A DNA stretch of 64,000 bases from Candidatus Omnitrophota bacterium (GCA_029261055.1 JAJDCA010000071.1:89778-153777); one strand, 5' to 3'. Counted from the stretch's first letter, positions 20,182-30,134 are shown. The notes: generated by a model from the sequence alone, not told the origin. Made by a program: numbers and translations.

Positions 20182-21492
20182 ATGAACATAGCTATAGTAG
20201 GTTCTGGATATGTAGGGCTAGTCACAGGAGTATGTTTGGCCCATATCGGACATAAAGTTGTTTGTGTTGATGTTGACCGTGAGAAAATAAGAAAACTTCG
20301 TTTAGGTAAGGTTCCTATTTATGAGCCGGGGCTGGAAGAATTATTAAAAAAATATTTAAAAAATAAAAAACTTTCTTTTACTTGGGCGATAAAAGAGGCG
20401 GCTAAGAAATCTGATGCAATTTTTATTGCCGTTGGTACACCTTCGAAAAAGAATGGCGATGCCGATTTAACTTATGTTGAAAATGTTGCGCGGGAAATTG
20501 CTTTGAGTATGGATTCGTATAAACTTATTATTGAAAAATCAACGGTGCCGGCAGAAACAGGTAAGCGTATCGCGCGAACTATCCGGATGAATTTACCCAA
20601 GAATAAAAAATCTATTCCGGATTTTGATGTGGCTTCTAACCCTGAATTTTTACGAGAGGGCTCGGCGATTAAAGATTTTATGAACCCGGACAGAGTGGTT
20701 ATTGGGGTGGAATCTAAAAAAGCTGAACGGATTTTGCGGGAAATTTATAAACCGTTAAAACCACATATGGTTGTTACTAACATTAATTCTGCTGAGTTGA
20801 TTAAACATGCCTCAAATTCTTTTCTGGCAACGAAAATATCTTTTATCAATGCAATTGCGCAAATTTGTGATCATCTCGGAGCTGATGTTCTTAAAGTCGC
20901 TGAAGGAATGGGCTTTGATAAGCGAATTGGTCGGAGTTTTTTAGACGCGGGGATTGGTTACGGAGGCAGCTGTTTCCCGAAAGACGTTGACGCCTTTGTT
21001 CGTTTGAGTGAAAAAAGTGGCTACAATTTTAAACTTTTAAATGAAGTCAGGAGCGTGAACGAAGAACAGAAGGCATTTTTTGTTAGACTTATCGAGGATA
21101 AATTGTGGATCGTAAAAAATAAAGTGATTGGCGTATTAGGTTTGGCGTTTAAACCAAATACGGATGATATGCGTAATGCCCCATCTTTAGATATTATTAA
21201 AATGTTACAGCATGAAGGCGCTAAAATTAAAGCCTATGATCCTGTATCGATGGAAAATGCAAAGAAAATGATGAAGAAAATAACATACAGTAAGGATCCT
21301 TATGCCTTGGCAAAGGGATGTGATTGTTTGTTGCTCTTGACGGAGTGGGATGAATTTAAGCATTTGGATTTTAAAAAACTTGGAAAAGTGATGAGCCAGC
21401 CTATTTTGTTTGATGGGCGTAATATGTATCGTAAACAGGATTTTGAGAAATTAGGTTTTGAATATTATGGAATTGGCAGGGGAATGGTTTAG
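20182..21492 (+). CDS. ugd: UDP-glucose 6-dehydrogenase
   Basis: N-terminal Rossmann motif IVGSGYVGLVTG, the catalytic Cys region GGSCFPKD, and a C-terminal UDP-binding domain. Confidence 0.85.
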   Translation: MNIAIVGSGYVGLVTGVCLAHIGHKVVCVDVDREKIRKLRLGKVPIYEPGLEELLKKYLKNKKLSFTWAIKEAAKKSDAIFIAVGTPSKKNGDADLTYVENVAREIALSMDSYKLIIEKSTVPAETGKRIARTIRMNLPKNKKSIPDFDVASNPEFLREGSAIKDFMNPDRVVIGVESKKAERILREIYKPLKPHMVVTNINSAELIKHASNSFLATKISFINAIAQICDHLGADVLKVAEGMGFDKRIGRSFLDAGIGYGGSCFPKDVDAFVRLSEKSGYNFKLLNEVRSVNEEQKAFFVRLIEDKLWIVKNKVIGVLGLAFKPNTDDMRNAPSLDIIKMLQHEGAKIKAYDPVSMENAKKMMKKITYSKDPYALAKGCDCLLLLTEWDEFKHLDFKKLGKVMSQPILFDGRNMYRKQDFEKLGFEYYGIGRGMV

Positions 21493-21509
21493 GAGTATCA
21501 AAAAATATA

Positions 21510-21607
21510 AAAGAGGTAAGAAGTAAGAAATAAAGAGGCAGAGAAGCAAAAAATAAAAATTTTTTAGTTTTTTCTCTGCAACTTACTTCTTGCATCTTTA
21601 CCTCTTA
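21510..21607. repeat. Long imperfect inverted repeat (~35-bp arms) between ugd and the next dehydrogenase gene
   Basis: 5' arm AAGAGGTAAGAAGTAAG...GGCAGAGAAG is complementary to CTTCTCTGCAACTTACTTCTTGCATCTTTACCTCTT, with an A/T-rich loop AAAAAATAAAAATTTTTT. No T-tract follows the 3' arm. Confidence 0.55.
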
Positions 21608-21642
21608 GTTCGTTAAAGATTATTAAAAACAAGGAGCAGTCA

Positions 21643-22935
21643 GTGTCTCAAAAACTTAAACAGAAAATCGTAACAAAAAAAGCTAAAATTGCCGTTATCG
21701 GCTTGGGATATGTGGGGCTTCCTTTGGCTGTAAATTTTGCCAAGGCTGGGTTTAAGGTATTTGGTTTAGATAAAGATCAAGACCGTGTTGATCAAATTAA
21801 TGCGAAGAAAAGTTATATTCTCGATATATCTTCACGTGAGTTAGCCAATGTTGTGAATAAGGGGTTCTTTTCTGCGTTGACAGAGTTTGAGATCCTTAAA
21901 GATATGGATGCCATTCTTATTTGTGTACCCACACCGCTTAAGCGTAAATACACACCGGATATTACCTATATCGTTAGTGCCGTCAGGACGATTAGAAAGT
22001 ACATGAAAAAAGATACGTTGATTATCTTGGAAAGTACGACTTATCCAGGGACAACCGAGGAGTTGATTAAGCCTGAGTTGGAAAAGGGGGGTATGAAGGC
22101 GGGTAAAGATTTCTTTCTTTCTTTTTCACCTGAACGTATTGATCCCGGTAATAAAAAATATGATGTTACCCGCATACCTAAAGTGGTAGGTGGTTTTTCT
22201 GAGAAAAGCGGCGAATTAACCAAGGTTCTTTATGAAAAAATTATTAATCAAGTGCATTTGGTGAGTTCCGCCAAAGCCGCCGAAATGACCAAGCTTTTGG
22301 AAAATACGTTCCGCATTATCAACATTGGATGGGTGAATGAGGTAGCGATGATGTGCCACAAAATGGGTATTAATGTCCGTGAAGTTATTGAAGCCGCTAA
22401 AACGAAGCCGTTTGGTTATATGCCGTTTTATCCGGGACTTGGTGTTGGTGGGCATTGTATTCCGGATGATCCTTTGTATCTTTATTGGAAGGCCAAGCAT
22501 GAGGGATTCAGTTCTAAGTTTATTAAGTTGTCGGCAGATATTAATTCGCATATGCCGCAATATGCTTTAGATCATCTTCAGAAGGTTTTAAAGGGGTCGT
22601 TTAAGCGTAAGAAGTTGCTTATTGTTGGTGTGACTTATAAAAAAGATGTCAAGGATTTACGAAAATCACCTCCTTTAAAATTGATTGAGCTTTTGAAAAA
22701 TCAAGGATGTCAGGTGGATTATTATGATCCGATTATTCCCTTTTTGAATATCGGCAAGGTTCATCAAGATTCGATTGAGTTTAACAAGAAAAATCTGTCT
22801 TCTTATGATTGTGCTATTATTGCCGCAGATCACACAGACGTCGATTACACTGCACTTTTAAAACACTCCAAGCGTGTTTATGATGTTCTTGATGTGTATG
22901 CAGGAAATAAAAATAAAAAGATTATTAAGTTTTAA
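21643..22935 (+). CDS. UDP-N-acetyl-D-hexosamine dehydrogenase (WbpA/WecC/TviB family)
   Basis: GTG start with an AAGGAG RBS. Rossmann motif IAVIGLGYVGLPLA, catalytic Cys region GGHCIPDD, and a C-terminal UDP-binding domain. Confidence 0.8.
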   Translation: MSQKLKQKIVTKKAKIAVIGLGYVGLPLAVNFAKAGFKVFGLDKDQDRVDQINAKKSYILDISSRELANVVNKGFFSALTEFEILKDMDAILICVPTPLKRKYTPDITYIVSAVRTIRKYMKKDTLIILESTTYPGTTEELIKPELEKGGMKAGKDFFLSFSPERIDPGNKKYDVTRIPKVVGGFSEKSGELTKVLYEKIINQVHLVSSAKAAEMTKLLENTFRIINIGWVNEVAMMCHKMGINVREVIEAAKTKPFGYMPFYPGLGVGGHCIPDDPLYLYWKAKHEGFSSKFIKLSADINSHMPQYALDHLQKVLKGSFKRKKLLIVGVTYKKDVKDLRKSPPLKLIELLKNQGCQVDYYDPIIPFLNIGKVHQDSIEFNKKNLSSYDCAIIAADHTDVDYTALLKHSKRVYDVLDVYAGNKNKKIIKF

Positions 22936-22954
22936 TTCTAGGGAAGGGTAAGAA

Positions 22955-23902
22955 ATGGCTAAGCGAAAAAAAATAGTGGTGATTACGGGCGGGGCAGGAT
23001 TTTTAGGAAGTCATCTTTGCGATCGGTTTATTGGTGATGGGTTAAAGGTTTTTTGTGTGGATAATTTGATCACCGGAAGCATGAAAAATATCAAGCATTT
23101 AAAAAATGATAAGAATTTTGAATTTATTAAACATAATATTTCGCAAGAATTGTTTATTAAGGGGCCTATAGATTATGTGATGCATTTTGCCTCACCTGCC
23201 AGTCCGGTAGATTATTTAAAGCATCCAATCCCGACATTAAAGGTGGGTTCTTTAGGGAGTCACAATATGTTAGGGTTAGCCAAGTTGAAAAAGGCGCGAT
23301 ATTTGGTGGCGTCGACTTCGGAAGTTTACGGTGACCCTGAAGTTCATCCGCAAAAAGAAACTTATTGGGGAAACGTGAACCCGGTGGGGCCCCGCGGAGT
23401 TTATGACGAAGCAAAACGTTTTGCTGAAGCGATTACAATGGCGTACCGGACGTATCATAAAGTGGACACAAAGATTTTACGCATTTTTAATACCTACGGT
23501 CCGCGTATGCGGATTAATGATGGCCGTGTGGTGCCAAATTTTATTTATCAAGCTATGCACAATAAGTCTCTCACCATTTATGGTACAGGCAAACAAACGC
23601 GTTCTTTCTGTTATTATTCAGATTTAGTTGAAGGCATTGTGCGTTTGTTGCATTCTAATATTTCGGGTCCGGTTAATATCGGCAACCCGGATGAATTTAC
23701 CATTATGCAATTTGCTAAAATGGTCATCAAAATGTCAGATACCAAGAGCAAAATTATCTACAAATCTCTCCCCGTAGACGACCCAAAGCAGCGCAAGCCA
23801 GATATTACGCTAGCCAAAAAACACCTTAAATGGACCCCAAAAGTCAAGTTGGAACAAGGTCTTCGTGATACCATCGACTGGTTTGAAGAAAATATTTCTT
23901 AG
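22955..23902 (+). CDS. UDP-glucuronate decarboxylase (UDP-xylose synthase-like SDR)
   Basis: [14 protein letters not shown]-binding motif, a YDEAKR catalytic motif, and overall UXS/ArnA-C-like layout. Located downstream of ugd. Confidence 0.75.
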   Translation: MAKRKKIVVITGGAGFLGSHLCDRFIGDGLKVFCVDNLITGSMKNIKHLKNDKNFEFIKHNISQELFIKGPIDYVMHFASPASPVDYLKHPIPTLKVGSLGSHNMLGLAKLKKARYLVASTSEVYGDPEVHPQKETYWGNVNPVGPRGVYDEAKRFAEAITMAYRTYHKVDTKILRIFNTYGPRMRINDGRVVPNFIYQAMHNKSLTIYGTGKQTRSFCYYSDLVEGIVRLLHSNISGPVNIGNPDEFTIMQFAKMVIKMSDTKSKIIYKSLPVDDPKQRKPDITLAKKHLKWTPKVKLEQGLRDTIDWFEENIS

Positions 23903-24208
23903 GATTTTGTTTTAAATCATCCTTTGTGGGAAAATTAAGAAATTACTTTTAGAAAAAGTTGTAACTTGTTGCTATATAACGAATTAAATTTCTGCTGTGC
24001 TCTTGCCGATTGCAAAGAATATGTTATCCTTCCTGTATAAACGTTAAGAAACCGTTTTTATCATTTAAATCCACCAATATTCGCCTGTTTTTCAGCAAGT
24101 GATCCAGCCACGGATTGGTACTTCAACAACATTAAAACTGTAGATTGTAATTTTATTGGCTCAGTACAAGTTACTCATAAATTACACATCTCAAATGGGA
24201 GTATCGCT

Positions 24209-27200
24209 ATGTTTTTTTTAGAAAATAACCGCAAAAATGGTTTGTATCGTGTATTTTCAGTATTTTTAGTATTTGCATTCATATTTACCAGTATTATTCC
24301 TCCTAGTTATGGGCAAAATGCTCCACAAACTATATTAAATTTACCTATTCCAGGGGCATTTGTGTCATCTACCGATGTATTTTATCCGGCGATGGTTAAA
24401 GGTATAACCCTCCACCCTGAAAATCCGTTGCGGTTTGATTTTGTGGTGGATACTGGTGCAACTGGCATGAAACGAGCGGATGTATTAAACGCAGAAATTA
24501 CCAAGCTAGTGAAATATTTTTTGGCTTCGTTGACAGTTCCCGAGAAAGAAATGTGGGTCAACTTGAGTCCCGATGAGCCGGACCGAATTATTGCCGAAGG
24601 GCTTGGTAGAACGGATATGGGGCGGGATATGTTGGGGCAGGATTATATGCTCAAGCAGCTTACCGCAAGTTTGATGCATCCGGAAGAAGATTTAGGTCAA
24701 GAGTTTTGGAATCGTGTTTACGCCCGTGCGCAAGCCGAATACGGAACGACCGATATTCCGATGGATACCTTTCACAAAGTCTGGATTGTACCCGAGAAGG
24801 CCGTCGTGTACGAGCATGAAGAGACGGCCACGACGTATGTGTTAGAGAGTAGGTTGAAGGTTATGTTGGAGGAAGATTATCTCGCCGCGTCCAATAACGT
24901 AGGGGCGAATCCACGTATTCGCCCAAATCAAGGGCGAAAACAGGGTTTCGCCCCTACGACATCCATCATCCGTGAAATCCTCATCCCCGAAATCCAACGC
25001 GAAGTCAACGAAGGATCAACTTTCGCCAATCTCCGCCAGATCTACCATTCAATGATCCTCGCCGCGTGGTACAAACGAAGCCTGAAACAGTCTCTGCTTG
25101 GCCAAGTCTACGTCGACCAAAACAAAACCAAAGGCATCACCACCGAAGACGAACACGTTACGCAAAAAATTTACGATCAATATATTGAATCCTTCAAAAA
25201 AGGCGTTTACGACTACATCAAAGAAGATTACGACCCAACGACAAATCAAATCATCCCCCGCAAATACTTCTCCGGTGGGTTTGCCGCGGATTTCTCGATA
25301 TTGCGCGCATTAAAATCATCAATTACCAGGATAGCCCCCACTCAAATATTTTCAGACGAAGACAACGCCATCCTAAGCGCCCAATTCGATTTAGCAAGTT
25401 TGGGAAAAAAGACTGATCTATCCTTTTTGGACTCAGCCATGAAGACGGAGCGAGAAGCGTTGAAGAAAGCTCTACGGAAAAAAGTTGTGCAGAATTTTAA
25501 AGGGTTACAGGGTAAAGGTCATATTAATATTTTGTGGGTCGAAGATGACGAAGAATTGACTGATGCATATAAAAAAGAGCTAGAAAATGATAAATATAAA
25601 ATAGAGTGGATTAAAAGTGGAGAAGACGCTTGGCAATATGTCCGGAATAATTATGCAGAAATTGACCTTATTATTACGGATTTAGACTTAGATGGAGAAA
25701 TGTCAGGATCAGATTTAATTGATGAGTTAAACAATGAAAAAAATAACGAAGTGTCTATCATTCCTATCCTTATACTAACAGCAGGGCAAGCTGTAGGGGC
25801 CTTAAGGGGGCCTTTAAAAAGAGCTACGAATAATTTTATCGAAATTTTTCGAAAGGTTGGAAGAATTAGCGAATATATAGCAAAAGTCAAAAATTTCATC
25901 GAAAATCCTCCGGATGATTTGTCGATGATGGTTAGGGGGGGTAATAAGGGGGGTGGAATAGATTTTTTTAAGGTGAGCGGAGAGGTAAGAAAAAAAATAT
26001 ATCAATTAAAAAATCAATATGCGGATACGACGGATTATACGATTACACAAGGCACTTTTGGGTATTCAAGAAAAGAGAATAGTAATAAAAGTTTTGTGGC
26101 GATTACCCCTGATGATTCAGGAAATAGTTTGATTTATGTTCAGCAGGAAAGAGGGAGGAAAGTTTTTGTGTTTCAGGGGCGTGTGCCTAGTGAGTCTGGT
26201 CTTTCAGCGTGGGAACCTGAAGGAAGGCAGATACAAAGCGTGAAAGAGGTGGAGATTGCCTTAGAGGATTTTATTCGAGGACGAAAATCTAAATTAGCAG
26301 AGGAAAAACTTAAGACGGAGGCGCGTGAAAAAGAATTGGATGCTCTTGCGAGAGAAGAACGTATACAAGACAAGCAAGACAATCCTCTTGCTTCGGTTGC
26401 AGAGATTTTTACAGAAATGAATCCCACAAAAAAAGAACATAAATATACCGTTATAACGGTAAAAGGAGAAGTTTCTTATGAAGGATTTGTGTATGAAAAA
26501 AAACCTTATCCAGGCGCCGATGAGATGTATTACGGCTTAGTTGCCTACCAGTATTACGATGAGATTTATATCAAGAAGGGATATATTAAAAAAAGATTTT
26601 TTAATGAATTGGGTCCTGAAGCAGATCCTTATTATTCACTTTTTCCGCATGAAAATTTGACGGAAAAAGTATATTGGGCTCTTGATAATATAGATCAACA
26701 AAAGGTTCAGGGCATCATTAAAGAATTTATTGAAGAGCAAGATGTTCTACGTAATCAGCCTGAAAAGGAAATAGAGTTTGTGAAAATTCAGCCTTCAAAT
26801 GAAAAGAGGGAAAAAAAGGTTCGAAATGTTAAAGGTGATGTTCCGAAGAAAAAGATTGTGAATATGAATAAAATTAAAAAGGATCTCGAGGCAGGCCGTA
26901 TCGCAGAGGTATTACAAGATTTTAAGGAGGATGAGTTTTACGCTATAAAAGGTTTTTTTATAGACGAAAAAGACCGAGACGAAAATGCTTCTTCTGTCGG
27001 TAATTCTATTGGTTGGCTATTTGTTTATTTTCTGGAATACCTTCGCAATGAATATGCCGGTTTTGAGTATCCAAAGTATATAAAAATAGGATACAACCTA
27101 AATAAAGTAAGTGGTGATGATGAAAGTAGCTTTATGAGTGAGTTTTATGAGGGGGTTGAAGAGTACTTAGAAAAATATAAGGCTCCTTTACAAAAATCTA

Positions 27201-27634
27201 ATTTTTTAGATAAAAATCCTTTAGGAGATAGGAAAAAGTATGCTCTTGCAGATAATCATCCATATATAAATATTAGAAAGTATTTTCAATTTGTAGACGA
27301 GGCAATGTTAAATATAGACGATAAGAAAAGCCTTGGCGGGATTAACTTGGACGCGGCGATGTTGGATTTGCAGGTGAGACGTGATGGTAACGGAGTGCCG
27401 TTGCCGTTTTCATTGCAGCCGGCGGATTTGGGGATGCGGGTTCAGGGGTTTTATCCGATTCTCAACAGTGTGACGCCAGTCACTTTGCTGCAGCTTGGAT
27501 TGAATAGTCCAGTTGGTGCGCCTCCACCGGAAGATGCTTCCTCTGCGAAAGATGCGTCTACCTTTCTGGATTTAAGCTATTCCTTCACCACCAAAACCCG
27601 CGATCCGTGGGATAGGGTTATATTTTATGTATAA
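24209..27634 (+). CDS. Giant-protein paralog (1141 aa) with an embedded CheY-like receiver domain
   Basis: Signal peptide or anchor, then a ~320-aa module about 65-70% identical to the N-terminus of ORF 10240-16905. A receiver-like segment (ILWVEDDEELTD...LIITDLDLDGEMSG...IPILILTA) spans about 25525-25870. A coiled-coil K/E-rich region follows, then a C-terminal module shared with the first giant ORF (GGINLDAAMLDLQVRRDGNGVPLP...). Confidence 0.9.
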   Translation: MFFLENNRKNGLYRVFSVFLVFAFIFTSIIPPSYGQNAPQTILNLPIPGAFVSSTDVFYPAMVKGITLHPENPLRFDFVVDTGATGMKRADVLNAEITKLVKYFLASLTVPEKEMWVNLSPDEPDRIIAEGLGRTDMGRDMLGQDYMLKQLTASLMHPEEDLGQEFWNRVYARAQAEYGTTDIPMDTFHKVWIVPEKAVVYEHEETATTYVLESRLKVMLEEDYLAASNNVGANPRIRPNQGRKQGFAPTTSIIREILIPEIQREVNEGSTFANLRQIYHSMILAAWYKRSLKQSLLGQVYVDQNKTKGITTEDEHVTQKIYDQYIESFKKGVYDYIKEDYDPTTNQIIPRKYFSGGFAADFSILRALKSSITRIAPTQIFSDEDNAILSAQFDLASLGKKTDLSFLDSAMKTEREALKKALRKKVVQNFKGLQGKGHINILWVEDDEELTDAYKKELENDKYKIEWIKSGEDAWQYVRNNYAEIDLIITDLDLDGEMSGSDLIDELNNEKNNEVSIIPILILTAGQAVGALRGPLKRATNNFIEIFRKVGRISEYIAKVKNFIENPPDDLSMMVRGGNKGGGIDFFKVSGEVRKKIYQLKNQYADTTDYTITQGTFGYSRKENSNKSFVAITPDDSGNSLIYVQQERGRKVFVFQGRVPSESGLSAWEPEGRQIQSVKEVEIALEDFIRGRKSKLAEEKLKTEAREKELDALAREERIQDKQDNPLASVAEIFTEMNPTKKEHKYTVITVKGEVSYEGFVYEKKPYPGADEMYYGLVAYQYYDEIYIKKGYIKKRFFNELGPEADPYYSLFPHENLTEKVYWALDNIDQQKVQGIIKEFIEEQDVLRNQPEKEIEFVKIQPSNEKREKKVRNVKGDVPKKKIVNMNKIKKDLEAGRIAEVLQDFKEDEFYAIKGFFIDEKDRDENASSVGNSIGWLFVYFLEYLRNEYAGFEYPKYIKIGYNLNKVSGDDESSFMSEFYEGVEEYLEKYKAPLQKSNFLDKNPLGDRKKYALADNHPYINIRKYFQFVDEAMLNIDDKKSLGGINLDAAMLDLQVRRDGNGVPLPFSLQPADLGMRVQGFYPILNSVTPVTLLQLGLNSPVGAPPPEDASSAKDASTFLDLSYSFTTKTRDPWDRVIFYV

Positions 27635-27655
27635 ATAATGCTCATATTCGTACAC

Positions 27656-27684
27656 ATTGACAGTGTGTATTTTGTGATGTATTA
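27656..27684 (+). promoter_or_regulatory. Sigma70-like promoter for the MazEF-like pair
   Basis: TTGACA, 17-nt spacer, TATTAT, upstream of the RBS AGGAGGTGG. Confidence 0.5.
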
Positions 27685-27706
27685 TTGAAGTAGGAGGTGG
27701 GAAGAT

Positions 27707-27934
27707 ATGGTTCGATTAAATATTACTATGCCGGAAGATTTGGATCAGCGGTTAAGGAGGGTCAAAAATAAGAGTCGTTTTATTGCCTTAGCCGTGAGGG
27801 AGAAGTTTCAAAAAGAAGAAAAAGCAAAGTTGCAGGCTTTGATGATTGAAGGGTATAAAGCGATGGCAGCAGAAGATCAGGACATTAATCAAGAATGGGA
27901 AGAAACAATGCTGGAAGATGGGTTGGATTTATGA
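27707..27934 (+). CDS. RHH/MazE-like antitoxin
   Basis: 75-aa protein with a strong RBS. MVRLNITMPEDLDQRLRRV fits the ribbon-helix-helix pattern. Its stop overlaps the downstream toxin start (ATGA). Confidence 0.55.
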   Translation: MVRLNITMPEDLDQRLRRVKNKSRFIALAVREKFQKEEKAKLQALMIEGYKAMAAEDQDINQEWEETMLEDGLDL

Positions 27935-28278
27935 AAGTTCCCTCCCGTGGTGAAATTTGGTTGGTTAATTTTAATCCAACAATTGGGGCGGAAATAAAGA
28001 AAACACGCCCGGCTGTTATTGCCTCTAATGATTTGAATAATCAGTACGCGCAGACAGTGACCGTTTTACCTATTACAGATAAAGGAAAAAAAGTTTATCC
28101 TTTTGAAGTCTCTTTATCCTCTCAGACAAAAGGTCTTGTTAAAGATTCCAAAATTAAATGCCAACAAATCCGAACGATCGATAAGAGACGATTAGTCAAA
28201 TTTATCGGCGTTGTAAATGAAAAAAGTTTGCAGGATATAGATAAGGCCTTGAGTATTCATTTGGGAATGTTGCGTTAA
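27931..28278 (+). CDS. MazF/PemK-family endoribonuclease toxin
   Basis: RGEIWLVNFNPTIGAEIKKTRPAVIAS...TVLPITDK matches the MazF/PemK fold signature. The start at 27931 overlaps the antitoxin stop. Confidence 0.75.
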   Translation: MKVPSRGEIWLVNFNPTIGAEIKKTRPAVIASNDLNNQYAQTVTVLPITDKGKKVYPFEVSLSSQTKGLVKDSKIKCQQIRTIDKRRLVKFIGVVNEKSLQDIDKALSIHLGMLR

Positions 28279-28397
28279 TAGGTTAAGAAATACGCTTGAC
28301 AATTCACACCGGACGATATATTTTATACCTTCCTTTCAGGCGGTAAATTAAAAAAACCAATCAATTAGGAATTACGCAATAATTAATTTTTACGTAA

Positions 28398-29444
<1,047 letters not shown>

Positions 29445-29466
29445 AATTGTAGGGTGTTGATAAAAA

Positions 29467-29496
29467 GGGCAGCTCTTTAAAGAGCTGTCCTTTTTT
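29467..29496 (+). terminator. Rho-independent terminator after gap
   Basis: GGGCAGCTCTTT / AAAGAGCTGTCC hairpin (~11 bp, one G-U pair) followed by TTTTTT. Confidence 0.8.
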
Positions 29497-29512
29497 ATTA
29501 GGAATAATAAAA

Positions 29513-30013
29513 GTGAAAATATATTGGATAGCCGTATTATTTCTTTTTATCTTTATTGCCTGTGGGAGGAGTGAAGGGATGTCTTGGAAATCTGTTGAGA
29601 TAATTATAGAACAAGATTTTCCAGATACATCTTCTGTGAGTACGGCGCAATTAAGCCATATGCTCGACAATCAAGAACCTGTGGTGGTGATTGATGTTCG
29701 CGCTGGCGAAGAGTATCACGTGAGTCACATTCTAGGTGCTGAGCATATTGAATCCGCTCAGGAGGTTGAGAAATTAGTGGTGGGTAAAAATACAAAGATT
29801 GTTTTTTACTGTTCAGTTGGTTATCGTTCGGCGAAAATTACATCTGAATTGAGAAAACAAGGTTTTACCAATGCCTTCAATCTCACCGGTGGTATTTTCG
29901 AGTGGGCCAATCGTGGTTTGGATGTGTATCAGAATGGCGAAAAAGTTGATACGGTGCACCCTTTTAATAAGCATTGGGGTATGCTATTGAATAAAAAATA
30001 TTGGTCTAGGTAA
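29513..30013 (+). CDS. Rhodanese-domain sulfurtransferase-like secreted/lipoprotein
   Basis: GTG start. Signal peptide with a lipobox-like FIACG. Single rhodanese domain with an active-site cysteine loop CSVGYRS. Confidence 0.75.
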   Translation: MKIYWIAVLFLFIFIACGRSEGMSWKSVEIIIEQDFPDTSSVSTAQLSHMLDNQEPVVVIDVRAGEEYHVSHILGAEHIESAQEVEKLVVGKNTKIVFYCSVGYRSAKITSELRKQGFTNAFNLTGGIFEWANRGLDVYQNGEKVDTVHPFNKHWGMLLNKKYWSR

Positions 30014-30030
30014 GAGTGTTCATTTTATTA

Positions 30031-30129
30031 CCAATTGCGAGCGCGCGCTCGTAATTTGATTTTCTCCAATCCCAATCCCGAACACGTGTTCGGAATTCAT
30101 ATGTCAGAGATTGCGAACGCAAGTTCCGA
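30031..30129. repeat. Cluster of perfect palindromes in the convergent intergenic region
   Basis: CGAGCGCGCGCTCG (30038-30051); CCGAACACGTGTTCGG (30078-30093, extended imperfectly to 24 bp); GAATTC, CATATG and TTGCGAACGCAA within a CGGAA...TTCCG outer inverted repeat (30091-30129). Confidence 0.7.
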
Positions 30130-30134
30130 AGTTT

